A stretch of DNA of 64,000 nucleotides from NCBI GenBank assembly GCA_964596325.1, contig CAZQSQ010000002.1, positions 10,820 to 74,819 of the forward strand. The letters are read 5' to 3'. Position numbers and translations under genes: made by a program. Origin of the DNA: an uncultured Candidatus Saccharibacteria bacterium (GTDB taxonomy: Bacteria; Patescibacteriota; Minisyncoccia; Minisyncoccales; JAGOPM01). Below, piece after piece: positions 38,373-49,400 of the stretch (the stretch's first letter is position 1; the number at the start of each line of letters is the position of its first letter). The notes below the pieces were generated by a model. The model was given only the letters and a program-made list of their open reading frames with translations, searched no databases and had not been told where the DNA came from.

Positions 38373-39473
38373 TCAGTTACAGGAAGCGTTGCTGGAAGCA
38401 GCCGCGCCAGTGTTGGGCCCCATACCGGCCGAAGCTGCAGACTCGGAAAGCTTTTGGTCGCACTCTGCCGGCTTGTTATTGAAAGCATTGCAAATGGCGG
38501 TCTTAAATCCTTCCGGTGAACGAGTCACATTAGAAACCTCCGTACCATTAATAACCAAAGTCGGAGAACCCTGAACAGCGAATTGCTTGTTTAGCTCATC
38601 GTGTAAGGCAAAGGCCGGAAAGCCCTTCTCTTGGCTGTATTCGTAATCCTTGGCATTGGCGGAAAGCTTAAGCTCGGAAAAAGTCTTGCTATAGCAGCTC
38701 TCCAGCTTGGCGGTATCAATACCCGCTTTGCTTGCACAGCTGCTGTGGGCGGGATTATAGCAAGCCTCGGCGGCTGCTTGGGCTGCAGCGGCATCTTTGA
38801 GCGCGGCCGCAGCCTTTTGGCAGGCGCTGACATCGTAAGTGGCAAAGCAAGTCAAGTAAGCATTATATTTATCATTCTGCTCCTTTTCAATGCAATACTG
38901 CCGAATATTTTGATCAGCTTCTTTTTTGCCGTGCATTATATAATTCACATAATAAATGCCGATATCAGCCTTATCCTTGAGCAGCTGCATCGCGGGCAAA
39001 ATAGCCTTCTCGGCCTGCAAGCCGAATGGGCAAAAAGACATGACAAATAATTTAACCTCGGGCTTGTCACTCTTTTTTACTTCTTTGGTAGCCGCGGCAT
39101 TTCCTTCTTTATTGGCATCTTCTTTCTTTTTAATCTCGATCAATTCGCCGGGGAAAATTGCTTGGCCGTCCTTGGTAACCGACAAGACACCTACTTCAAT
39201 CTCTGTGCCCTTATCATCCTTGGTTTTAATTTTAACCGTGTAAAGACCATGGCTTTCGCTAATGGTTTTTTCGTCATAAAAATATTCCGGAGATTCTGGC
39301 GTGCGGAAATTCTCATTGACATATTTCATCGCGTCTTTAATCGCGACACCTTTGGAAACGCCTCCAATAGAAAGACCTCCCTTCATCGCGAAAGCAAATA
39401 CGATTGCGAGCAGCAGCAATACCGCTACTATCGGCCAAAGTAAATTCTGGCCCTTTTGTTGTTCTTCTGCCAT
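38373..39473 (-). CDS. Membrane-anchored thioredoxin/DsbA-fold protein, paralog 2
   Basis: N-terminal TM, FVMSFCPFG, VQGSPT; clear similarity to 34013..35215. Confidence 0.75.
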   Translation of the reverse strand: MAEEQQKGQNLLWPIVAVLLLLAIVFAFAMKGGLSIGGVSKGVAIKDAMKYVNENFRTPESPEYFYDEKTISESHGLYTVKIKTKDDKGTEIEVGVLSVTKDGQAIFPGELIEIKKKEDANKEGNAAATKEVKKSDKPEVKLFVMSFCPFGLQAEKAILPAMQLLKDKADIGIYYVNYIMHGKKEADQNIRQYCIEKEQNDKYNAYLTCFATYDVSACQKAAAALKDAAAAQAAAEACYNPAHSSCASKAGIDTAKLESCYSKTFSELKLSANAKDYEYSQEKGFPAFALHDELNKQFAVQGSPTLVINGTEVSNVTRSPEGFKTAICNAFNNKPAECDQKLSESAASAGMGPNTGAAASSNASCN

Positions 39474-39561
39474 AAATGTTGTGTTTTATTTTTTATTTTA
39501 TTTTTTGACTATTTAATTATGGTCCGGGAATAAAAACTGTAAAGATTGAAAAATATCAAAT

Positions 39562-41085
39562 TTATGTTGTTATCAAGCTTTGGCCGGTCATTTCTCTTGG
39601 TTGAGGTAAAGACAGTATCTGTAAAGCCGTGGGGGCGATATCTTTGAGCTCGCCATCGGCCTTCAACTTGGCTTTGGCTAAAGCGGCCTCGCGCGAAACC
39701 AAGACAAATTCTACCGGATTGGTTGTGTGGCTAGTCGCGGTTAATTCACTTTTATCCTCCGCATTGCCGTGATCGGCGAAGACAAAAACTGTGTAACCGT
39801 TTTGTAAAGCCGCGGTGACAATATCTTTGCAAGCGTTATCCACCGCCTTAATCGCTACCTCAATAGCCTCCTTTTTGGCCGTATGGCCAACCATGTCAGC
39901 ATTAACCAAATTAGTCACAACTAAATCATATTCTTTCTTATCAAGCTCACCACAAAGGCGCTGAGCAATTTCTGGCGCCGCCATTTGCGGCTGCAAATCA
40001 TAAGTGGCCACCTTGGGAGAATTTATCAAAATCCTTTGTTCATTCTCAAAAGGCTTCTCGATTTGGCCATTGAAAAAGAATGTGACGTGCGCATACTTTT
40101 CCGTTTCAGAAATTCTTAACTGCTTTAATCCCGCTTGACTGACTACCTCGCCCAAAAAGTTAATGGGCTTTTCTTCGGTAAAGGCGACCAAACAGGGCAT
40201 GGGCGTATAATACTGCGTCATGGCCACAAAAACACCCTTAAATTTACTACGCGCAAACGGAGTAAATTCTTCTTCGATTAGCGCTTGGGTGATCTGGCGG
40301 GTTCGATCAGTCCGGAAATTGAAAAATATCAAAGAGTCGCTGTCGCTCAAACCGCAATACCCTTCTTTGCAAGCCGGGATAATAAACTCATCGGTCACTT
40401 CCTGTGCATAACAGCCCTTTAGATAATCGAAAGGTAAAGAAAATTTTTCCGCGGCTTTGGCATCTTTCAAGCATTGGTAATATTTTTGCGTGCGCTCAAA
40501 ACGCTTGTCGCGATCCATGGCATAATAGCGCCCGGATATCGTGGCGATTTCGCCAAAACCGATAACATTGAGCTTTTCCTGAATCTTGCACAAATTATCG
40601 ATGCCGGCCTTGGGGGGCGCATCCCGGCCATCGGTTATGACATGGACTAAAACCTTGCGAAAGCCCTTTTCCTTGCATAAATCCAAAAGCGCGAACAAAT
40701 GGTCTAAATGGCTGTGCACGCCCTCAAATTGCGCCAAACCCATCAGATGCAAATACCCGTTGTTCTTAGAAGCGTGATCGAGGGCTGCCAAAAAAGCTGC
40801 ATTGGAAAAAAATGTCCTGTCCTCAATGGCATGCAAAATGCGGGGCAGTGATTGGTAGACAACCCGCCCGCCGCCGATAGTCATATGCCCGACTTCGGAA
40901 TTGCCCTGATAGCCTTTGGGCAAACCCACAGCCTCACCGCTACACTTCAAAAGCGTGTGCGGGTATTGCGCAGCCAAAGAAAAGCAAAAAGGCGCATTGG
41001 AAGCATTGATAAAATTATGTTCGGAATTTTCCGAATAGCCCCAACCGTCGCGGATTAGAAATAAAACGGGATCTTTCGCCTTCAT
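39562..41085 (-). CDS. gpmI: 2,3-BPG-independent phosphoglycerate mutase
   Basis: [40 protein letters not shown]. Confidence 0.97.
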   Translation of the reverse strand: MKAKDPVLFLIRDGWGYSENSEHNFINASNAPFCFSLAAQYPHTLLKCSGEAVGLPKGYQGNSEVGHMTIGGGRVVYQSLPRILHAIEDRTFFSNAAFLAALDHASKNNGYLHLMGLAQFEGVHSHLDHLFALLDLCKEKGFRKVLVHVITDGRDAPPKAGIDNLCKIQEKLNVIGFGEIATISGRYYAMDRDKRFERTQKYYQCLKDAKAAEKFSLPFDYLKGCYAQEVTDEFIIPACKEGYCGLSDSDSLIFFNFRTDRTRQITQALIEEEFTPFARSKFKGVFVAMTQYYTPMPCLVAFTEEKPINFLGEVVSQAGLKQLRISETEKYAHVTFFFNGQIEKPFENEQRILINSPKVATYDLQPQMAAPEIAQRLCGELDKKEYDLVVTNLVNADMVGHTAKKEAIEVAIKAVDNACKDIVTAALQNGYTVFVFADHGNAEDKSELTATSHTTNPVEFVLVSREAALAKAKLKADGELKDIAPTALQILSLPQPREMTGQSLITT

Positions 41086-42380
41086 CTTATTTGGCGGAAA
41101 TTATTGCCGGCATATTCGCAATTAAGGCCCAATTCCTCCTCGATGCGCATAAGCTGATTATATTTTGCCAGCCTTTCGGAGCGGCAAGGTGCGCCGGTTT
41201 TAATCTGCCCGGCCATGATGCCCACAACCAAATCCGCAATAAAGCTATCTTCTGTCTCGCCTGAGCGATGCGAAACCATTACGCCCCAATTAGCCCCCTT
41301 GGCATCGATGCAAGCCTGAACCGCTTCCGAAACAGTGCCAATCTGGTTGACCTTAAGCAACAAGGCATTGCAGGCCTTTTTTTCAATAGCTGTGGCGATT
41401 CTCTTGGGATTAGTAACCAGCAAATCATCTCCGACAATTTGAACCTTCTCACCCAAAACCTCGGTTAATTTTTGGTAAGACTGCCAGTCGTCCTGATCGA
41501 ATGGATCTTCAATGGAGATAATGTCGTATTTTTCCACAAATCCTTTATAAATCTCCACCATCTCATCCCCGGTCTTCCAATCCGCTTGGGCAGCCTCGCC
41601 CTTAAAATTCAAATTATATTTTCCTTCTTGAAAAAATTCCGAAGCGGCCACGTCCATGCCGATTTTTACCTTGCCCGAATAGCCGGCCTTTTTAATGGCC
41701 TCGCTTAAAATATCCAAAGCTTCGTGGGCGTCCTGCACGTCCGGAGCAAAACCGCCTTCATCCCCGACGTTAGTGGCATTCAGGCCGTATTTGGCTTTGA
41801 GAATGGATTTGAGAGTTTGATAAATTTCCGCCCCGTAGCGCATCGCCTCGCGGAAATTGGGTGCACCAACAGGCAAAATCATAAATTCCTGCATGGCCAA
41901 TTTATTACCCGCATGGCTGCCCCCATTAATGACATTTAAGCTGGGCACGGGCAAAACAAATTTGTGCACATCGAAATTTTTGGCTAAAAACGCATACAAT
42001 GGCAATCCCTCTTGCGCCGCCAGAGCTTTGCAAGCAGCCATGGAAACCGCCAAAATCGCATTGGCTCCGAATTTACTTTTATTCTCCGTTCCATCAGCGT
42101 GCAAAAGCAAAGCGTCGATTTCAGCAATAGTGGCCACTTCCCGATTTTCTAAAAGCCGGGCAATCGCTTCGTTGACATTTTTTACCGCCTTAAGCACTCC
42201 TTTGCCGCCGAAACGGGCTTTATCGCCATCGCGCATTTCCAAGGCTTCATAAATACCGGTGCTGGCCCCTGAGGGCACGGAAGAACGGAACAAGCCTTTT
42301 TCGGTCAGTAAATCAACCTCCACAGTGGGGTTTCCGCGAGAATCTAAAATCTCGCGGGCAATTATTCTTTGTATTTTCAT
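41082..42380 (-). CDS. eno: Enolase (eukaryote-like sequence)
   Basis: [32 protein letters not shown]. Confidence 0.97.
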   Translation of the reverse strand: MKIQRIIAREILDSRGNPTVEVDLLTEKGLFRSSVPSGASTGIYEALEMRDGDKARFGGKGVLKAVKNVNEAIARLLENREVATIAEIDALLLHADGTENKSKFGANAILAVSMAACKALAAQEGLPLYAFLAKNFDVHKFVLPVPSLNVINGGSHAGNKLAMQEFMILPVGAPNFREAMRYGAEIYQTLKSILKAKYGLNATNVGDEGGFAPDVQDAHEALDILSEAIKKAGYSGKVKIGMDVAASEFFQEGKYNLNFKGEAAQADWKTGDEMVEIYKGFVEKYDIISIEDPFDQDDWQSYQKLTEVLGEKVQIVGDDLLVTNPKRIATAIEKKACNALLLKVNQIGTVSEAVQACIDAKGANWGVMVSHRSGETEDSFIADLVVGIMAGQIKTGAPCRSERLAKYNQLMRIEEELGLNCEYAGNNFRQIR

Positions 42381-43255
42381 AAATCTAATTTTTTGAGATA
42401 ATCTTTGAATTCCGTGAATTCGGGATCTTGCACCGCAAATTCAACTACAGTTTTAAGATATTCTACCTTATTGCCAGTATCGTAATATTTGCCGTCATCT
42501 AAAACGATAGTATAAACCGGCACACCTTCGGATTGCAATAAATTAATAGCATCCACCAACCAAACTTCCCCGCCCTTGCCAGGCTTGATGCGCTTAAGGG
42601 CATCGATAATTTCGGGAGGCAAGATATAAGCACCGTGTGTAGCAATATTGGATGGTGCTTCATCGGGCTCGGGTTTTTCCACAATTTTTTTGACTTTATA
42701 AATATTGCCCTCGACCGGCTCCAAATCAGCAATGCCATACCGGCGCAAATCTTCCTTTTTCTCAATGCGCACACCCGAGATAACAATGCCGCCAAGCTTC
42801 TCATAAACTTCAATCATCTGTTTGAGTCGCGGCGGGTTGGCATGGATAAATTCATCTCCCCAGAGCACGGCAAAAGGCTCATTTTTTATAACCGGTTCAG
42901 CGCACAAAACCGGTGTGCCATTGCCATAGGCACCCTTTTGCCTGATATAAATAAAATTGGCCATGGTGGCGATATCAGTAATCTCTTTAAGTATTTTTTC
43001 CTTGCCACCGGCTTGCAAATTATTAACCAAATCCTGATTGGGCACGTCAAAATGATCCTCAATGGCGCGCTTGTTGGCGCCAGTCACAATCACGACATTT
43101 TCCAACCCGGATTCAACAATTTCCTCGACCACGTATTGAATAACCGGTTTGTCGACAATAGGGAGCATCTCTTTGGGCATGGCTTTGGTCTGCGGCAAAA
43201 ATCGCGTTCCCATTCCGGCGGCCGGAATTACTGCTGTTCTAATTTTCTTTTGCAT
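42377..43255 (-). CDS. galU: UTP--glucose-1-phosphate uridylyltransferase
   Basis: [23 protein letters not shown]. Confidence 0.93.
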   Translation of the reverse strand: MQKKIRTAVIPAAGMGTRFLPQTKAMPKEMLPIVDKPVIQYVVEEIVESGLENVVIVTGANKRAIEDHFDVPNQDLVNNLQAGGKEKILKEITDIATMANFIYIRQKGAYGNGTPVLCAEPVIKNEPFAVLWGDEFIHANPPRLKQMIEVYEKLGGIVISGVRIEKKEDLRRYGIADLEPVEGNIYKVKKIVEKPEPDEAPSNIATHGAYILPPEIIDALKRIKPGKGGEVWLVDAINLLQSEGVPVYTIVLDDGKYYDTGNKVEYLKTVVEFAVQDPEFTEFKDYLKKLDL

Positions 43256-43261
43256 ATTTTT

Positions 43262-44629
43262 TTACTTTTTAATTCTTAAAAATGCGGGGATATCCCATTT
43301 CTTTTCCTGCTCAGACATTTTCTTTTCGCTATCTTCGGCCTCGCGCTTAATCTCAATAGCATTCTTGCGCAAATTGTCACTGCCCTTATCGGGTGCAGGA
43401 TGAGTGGTAATGGTAATTTTTTGAGCCGGCTTGCTCGCTGCTTTTTTTACGGGCTTTTTGTGCTTGGCTTTGGGTGTCGGCGGCTTTACTTCGGGCTTAA
43501 CTTCTGGTTTGCTTTCGCGAAAAATGGCGTCCCGGATATTTTTGACAGGACTGCCCTCACCGATAGCTAAAAGCGTTACCCGAATCTTGTCGCTTTTGTC
43601 CGAACGCAGCAAAATTCCAAAAATTATTTTGGCTTTGATGTTGGGCGAAGTGATGCGTTGGGCGATTTCTTCAACCTCCATCATTTTCAAATCGGCTGGA
43701 CCGGTAATATTAAACATTATCCTTTCAACCTCGATGGCTTTGGCTTCCCGGCCGCTGACAATACCATTGTCCACCAAAGGATTATCCAAAAGCTTTTCAA
43801 TCATGGTATTGAGGTCTTTGCGCTCCCCCTCAATGCTATTTTGGTAAGCGGTTTTTCCATAACCCTCCAAGATGCTCCGAAAATCCGCAAAATCAATATT
43901 GATCAAACCCGCCTCGTAAAGCGTTTCCAAAAGACCCTTGATGGTCATGGCCAAGCTTTTATTGATGGCAGAAAACGATTGCTTGATGGCCGTGCGCGGG
44001 TCGATTACCTTGAATATTTTTTCATTAGGAATAACTAAAGAAGCGGAAAGATGCGGCCGGATATTTTCCAAAGACTCTTGGGCAATGCGGCGGCGCTTTT
44101 CTCCCTCAAATTCGAACGGGAGGGTAAAAATTCCCAAGCTAATTTTGTGTGCTAAGCGTGACGCTTCGGCAAAAATTGGCATCGCGCCCGAGCCAGTTCC
44201 CCCGCCCAAGCCGGAGATAAAAATGCACAAATCACAATTTGCCACTTCTCTTTTTATTTCTTCTTTGGATTGCTCGGCAGCTTGGCGGGCCAAATCAGGA
44301 TTCATACCGCAGCCCAAGCCGTTAGTTAAACCCTTGCCCAAAACCAATTTGCGAACATTTTCCGGTAAAGATTCCAAACTTTGAATATCGGTATTGGCAG
44401 CCAAAAAAGAAATTTTCTTATTCGGGGCAACAATATTGGCAATCTCCCCGACAATCGAGCAACCTCCGCCGCCCACTCCAAAAACCTTTATTTTAATTGC
44501 GGGGTTTTCCATGGAGTGCGCCTTGGCTTGTTCGATTATCTCCTTGGCAATATCCTGAGATAAAGGGGCCGGAGCTTTGGTTTGATTTTTTTTATCCGCT
44601 TTTTCCATAAAATTTGGCAGAATTACCAT
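43262..44629 (-). CDS. ftsZ: Cell division protein FtsZ (divergent)
   Basis: GVGGGG, NTD, GLGGGTGSG, PFEFEG, NIDFAD, C-terminal DIPAFLR. Confidence 0.9.
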   Translation of the reverse strand: MVILPNFMEKADKKNQTKAPAPLSQDIAKEIIEQAKAHSMENPAIKIKVFGVGGGGCSIVGEIANIVAPNKKISFLAANTDIQSLESLPENVRKLVLGKGLTNGLGCGMNPDLARQAAEQSKEEIKREVANCDLCIFISGLGGGTGSGAMPIFAEASRLAHKISLGIFTLPFEFEGEKRRRIAQESLENIRPHLSASLVIPNEKIFKVIDPRTAIKQSFSAINKSLAMTIKGLLETLYEAGLINIDFADFRSILEGYGKTAYQNSIEGERKDLNTMIEKLLDNPLVDNGIVSGREAKAIEVERIMFNITGPADLKMMEVEEIAQRITSPNIKAKIIFGILLRSDKSDKIRVTLLAIGEGSPVKNIRDAIFRESKPEVKPEVKPPTPKAKHKKPVKKAASKPAQKITITTHPAPDKGSDNLRKNAIEIKREAEDSEKKMSEQEKKWDIPAFLRIKK

Positions 44630-45183
44630 TCTGCCCGGTTAATTTTCAAATAAAAACCGATTTTGTTGATAATGACGTGTAAAATAAAAGTGAAGACCAG
44701 TAAAATTACCCAAATCCGGATATCGGCCAGCTTGCCGATAAGAAAAAATACGAAGCCTACACCAATGACATAATTGATTTGGTCCCAAATAATCCAGCTT
44801 TCCCCGGGCTCCAAATTAATCCGTCTCTTAATAAAGCTGAAAAGCAAATCGCCGCAGAGCGCGCCTAAAGGAATAAGAATGCCCAACCATAAAGGTTCTT
44901 TGCTGTAATCAAGAATGGAGATGGCTTGGAAAAAATCAGCGACGTAAAGCAGCTTTTGCACAACATAAATCAGAAAACCGACCAAAGTCCCTAGAATAAG
45001 TCCGCGCCAAGTTTTATGGTCTCCAAAAATATCATTGCCCCGGAATTTCCTTCCCCCATCAACGGGCTTGTTCAAAAATTCCGCAATACCTAAAAAACGC
45101 AAAACCGGCGGCGTCATATTGGCAAAATACGCCGGCAAAAAAAAGTATAAACACTGGACGATTAATTGGGAGGAAAAATTCAT
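44623..45183 (-). CDS. CDP-archaeol synthase (CarS/DUF46) homolog
   Basis: PAYFANM.P, KTWRG, GDL..SFIKRR, DQ; multiple TM. Confidence 0.82.
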   Translation of the reverse strand: MNFSSQLIVQCLYFFLPAYFANMTPPVLRFLGIAEFLNKPVDGGRKFRGNDIFGDHKTWRGLILGTLVGFLIYVVQKLLYVADFFQAISILDYSKEPLWLGILIPLGALCGDLLFSFIKRRINLEPGESWIIWDQINYVIGVGFVFFLIGKLADIRIWVILLVFTFILHVIINKIGFYLKINRAEW

Positions 45184-46436
45184 CAGATAAGCTTTGATTG
45201 TTTTTTTTCTTTGCGATGAGCCGCTTCCAAACCTTTCAACTTGCCGTAAACCCCATCATAGCCGGCCTCCATTTGCACTTTATCCAAACGCACTAGCTCG
45301 ACAGCTGCGGCAATTCCTTCATCAGAATGGCGGGCAATGTCGGCTATCGGCGTTTCAAGCAATAATTCAAACTCACTGGCGACATTTTGGACCAGTTTTT
45401 CATATTGCTCTTTCACCTTGCGGCTAGTGGGGCCAACACCAAAAACATAAGCAATTATCTCTTCGAGCGGGACAATATGCTTAAAGCCAATAGCACCCTC
45501 GGGCTTGAAACCTGAAGGATGTTGGGCGATTTGCTCAACCCGGCTCAGCACGCCAATTGTGAGTTTTTGCCCGCAAACCGGACATAGGCCATTATAGCGC
45601 GCAGTTTCTTTTGGGTCAAAGCTTATTTGACAATTAGCATGCCCGTCATTGTAATATTTACCCTCTTGCGGAAAAAACTCGATTGTGTTCAAAAATTGGC
45701 TATTGTCACGTTTTTTAATTGCCCCGATAATGAAAGTGTAATCCAAATCGCAGGCAAAAACATTGGCCTCCCGGCCTAATTTTTGGATAGAGTGCGCGTC
45801 AGAGTTGCTTAACAGCGAAAGGCGGCTGCCATCAGATGTACGCCAAACCATGGCCGGGTCGGCAGAGAGCCCGGTTTCCAAAGCATAAATTTCTGGAGTC
45901 AGTTCCTCAAAACATTCCTGCAAGGAATCAAAACCGGATTTGCTGCCAAAAACCGAAAACCACGGCGTAAAACAATGTCCGGGAACAAAAAGCCCTTGCG
46001 GTGCGCAATCCAAAAAAATTTTTAGCAGTTCTTTGGTATCCAAGCCCAAAATCGGCCGTCCATCGGAATGCAAATTAAATTTTGACAACCTTTCGTTGAA
46101 TTTTTTTGCCGCGGCAATATCAGGAAAAATTACGACAATATGGATCTTGCGCACTTTGCCTCCCTTGCTGTAGATGCAGCTAATTTCCCCAGTAACGGCA
46201 AAATGCACTTGCTTTTCGGGCTCTAAAAGCGAATCGCGCAAAAGATAAAAACCGCTACCCGTTTGTTCCAATTTGGTTTCCATCTCTTTCATCCACAAAG
46301 GATGGGTACAGTCCCCTGTACCCAAAACTTTGATGCCTTTGCGGCACGCACCTTGTTCAAGCGCCTCCAAAGTAATGGCACTGGAAGTGGCGCGCGAATA
46401 TCGGGAATGAATGTGGAAATCGGCTATCAGCTTCAT
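45183..46436 (-). CDS. Endonuclease Q-family PHP-domain protein
   Basis: DFHIHSRYS, GTGD..HP, ETGLS.D, NSDAHS, GKY...H..C...CPVCG, GYDG.YG. Confidence 0.88.
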   Translation of the reverse strand: MKLIADFHIHSRYSRATSSAITLEALEQGACRKGIKVLGTGDCTHPLWMKEMETKLEQTGSGFYLLRDSLLEPEKQVHFAVTGEISCIYSKGGKVRKIHIVVIFPDIAAAKKFNERLSKFNLHSDGRPILGLDTKELLKIFLDCAPQGLFVPGHCFTPWFSVFGSKSGFDSLQECFEELTPEIYALETGLSADPAMVWRTSDGSRLSLLSNSDAHSIQKLGREANVFACDLDYTFIIGAIKKRDNSQFLNTIEFFPQEGKYYNDGHANCQISFDPKETARYNGLCPVCGQKLTIGVLSRVEQIAQHPSGFKPEGAIGFKHIVPLEEIIAYVFGVGPTSRKVKEQYEKLVQNVASEFELLLETPIADIARHSDEGIAAAVELVRLDKVQMEAGYDGVYGKLKGLEAAHRKEKKQSKLI

Positions 46437-46437
46437 A

Positions 46438-49400
46438 CTATTTGAATTCCTGGCAGCTGCCCGCATACGGACACCATTTGTCCGTGGCTCTGGTAACTGT
46501 AAGGTCTAAATACTTTTCTACTTGTTTCCTACCTTGCAGGCAAGTGATATAGAAACGGACCGGGCTTTCCACTTCCTTCATGCCAAAGGGCGCGGAAGCA
46601 TAAAAGGAGAAATCGAATTGCTGATAATTAACCGACATTTTCTTGGAAATCGGGAAAATAATTTTTTGCGGGTTGACTCCGATTACCTCGGCCGCCACGG
46701 CCGCTCCTTTGGATTTAGCGCTGCCGGTGATAAATTTCAGACCGCTGGGCAAAATTCCCTCGATAGTCATCTTGCTATCCCTGTCGCAGCCAAATGCCTT
46801 GGCTAATGCGCTCGAACCGTCGTCAGGGTTAAAATAGGGCAGATTTCCGCTGTTTTGGAAATAGCCAAGCCTCTCCATAATACCCTTGCCCACCGCTTTA
46901 GCCACTGCTTTGTCTTTGATGTCGCGGGCATCCTCGCTCCATTTGGGAGTTTCTTCAAAAATATCAAATTTACGCTCTCGGCTCGGATCGGTTTCGTAAA
47001 TATACCAAGCCGCATACATATCGATCTTATTCTTCTGGGCGGCTCGGGCTTCCCGAATTGCGGCTGAAACGCACTGGTCGGACATAAAATTAGCCGTAGT
47101 CAGCGAACCGTGGCAAACAGCCTTAGCCACGCTATTACGTGTTTCACTGTCCGTATAACCGCCATCTTCGGTAGGCAAGCCTTCGGAAAGAATAAGCATG
47201 ACTTTTACATCACCGGCGCGGCCGGCAGTTATCAAGGCTTGGTGGGCCATATTGATTGCCTTGGCCAAATTGGTTGTCCCGCCGTAAGAAAGCGAATCCA
47301 CGGCCGAATTCCAAGTATTAATATTCTGGGTAAAAGCCAAAGGAATGCCGTTATTAGTCATCTTCAACTTGGCTGTACCGTGGCTGGCTTCGATGATACC
47401 GATATTATCCTTACCGCTCTCCGTATTTATTTGGCCATACAACCCCTTAATAACCTGACGATATTGCTCCAAGAATTTTGCACGGTCCGGGGCATTGGCC
47501 GGGACATTCATAGATTCGGAAAGATCGGCCACAATCATCACATAGCGGGAAATGTCAAAATCTTCAGCTTTTAAGTTGCTGCCGCGGGTTAGCTCACCGC
47601 TGAATTGATAGCAGCCGCAATATTCTTCCAAGGGCAAAAGGATTGTCTGGTTTTCCGATATCTTGTCGAGCTGGCCACCTTGGGAGGTCGCCATATATTC
47701 CAAAGTAATATCGAATTTTTTATCCTTATCCAAATCCATGCTGGCCTTATCCAAAGAAAATTTGATATTAAACGGCTGCGTTTCGCCGAATTTCATTTCT
47801 CTGTTAAAGGCAACCGCGTAACTGACTGTCCCGTCAGGCGACTCGCTGGCCTTGCGCGCTCCGGCTACCGTTACTTTTTTAGGCGCTCTCACAACCACGC
47901 TCAGAGAACTGCAACCCTCGTTGAATTTGCACATGATAGCACCCTTAAAATACGTATAAGCAAATTTTCCTTGCGTGCCGCATTCCGTGCAAAAATCCGC
48001 TTTAACTTCCACGCGGGGCGGAGGCGGGCGGCGACAAAGAGCAAACTCTTGCGGGCTAGGCAGGCTCTGCGCTGCTGGCTCGGCCACGGAAGAAGCCGTA
48101 ACTACGTCTTTCCCGGCAAAAACTGAAGCCTTGATATTGAATAATGCCGCGTTATTTTTCAACGAAGATCCCGTAATCAGCTTCTCAAGATTTTCATGGT
48201 CCACCTGCCACTTGAGGTTGACATATTCGGTTTCACCGGCGGCAAGCAAGGGTATGGAAAAGCGTAAATTGCCCGGCTTAATCTCAGAAAATTCCACTTT
48301 ATCTAAGGCGCTTTCAAAACCGGCATAGCGGACCAAATATTTTGGCGAGTAGGCCACATTTACACTGACGTTTTGGCAATTCAGCTGGCCTTCGCATTTA
48401 AGGGCGATACTGCTTGTGCCGATATAATTTACCGAACCGGGATTATAGCAATCAAATTCCGTTTTAACGCTGGAGACTATATTTATCTTGGGCAATTCGC
48501 CCTTGGGCGGCTCCTTGCACTCTTCGGGAATGGGCATGGCAAAAGTGATATTTTCTATCTTGCCATACTGGCGGGTGTAGCCATTGGTATAATTTAGTTG
48601 CGCCTTAGCCAAACCGGATTGCGGCAAGCTGCCCGAGTAGTTGAGGCTGACATCAAACTCAATGGTTTTGGATTCTCCGGGCACCATATCACCCAAAGAA
48701 AAGCGCACCCCGTTCATGCCGTCAAAAGAATTGTCGTAAACCGCCCCTCCGCCTTGCAGGCTGCTTGAATATTTGAAAGTTTTGGCAATATAAGAGGCGT
48801 AAACCGGAAACTTATCGGAAAGATAAATGTCTTGGCATTTGAATTGCGGATAATTGCCTATGCAGGTTACCTTGAAAGTTAAATGAGCGACACACTTGTT
48901 TAACGCAATATTGCGCTCGATGGCAATGTCTAAACCGCCCTCCTTTTTATCCTCGGGTTTTACGCACATGGAGGCCTTATTCATTCCCAAATCCAATTCC
49001 CGCTTATAGCCGCTGGAATCGACGAAACGATAAAGACTCTTGGGAAAATCCACAAGATTGCCCGGATTGCTCACCTTATAATCCTTGTCGAAAATCACTT
49101 GAAAATTCATGATTTCCCCCATAGTCATATTCCCCGTATTCCATTTAACGACGGAATTATTCTGCTCCATACCCAAAAGCTTGGCCTTACTTGGATAATT
49201 AACCGTGCTGAATTTATAATTGCCCTTGGCGCGCAATTCCAAAGAAGAATTGTCGCAGACCGGCGGCGGAGAAGTTTTTGACTTGGTGATAATTTTGTCA
49301 AAAATGGAATTAAGATCGGAAAGCGTCTCAGACTCAAAATAATAATCATCGCCCTTGGCCATATCGCGCAACAGTTGCCTGGCATTCTTAGCTGCCTCTT

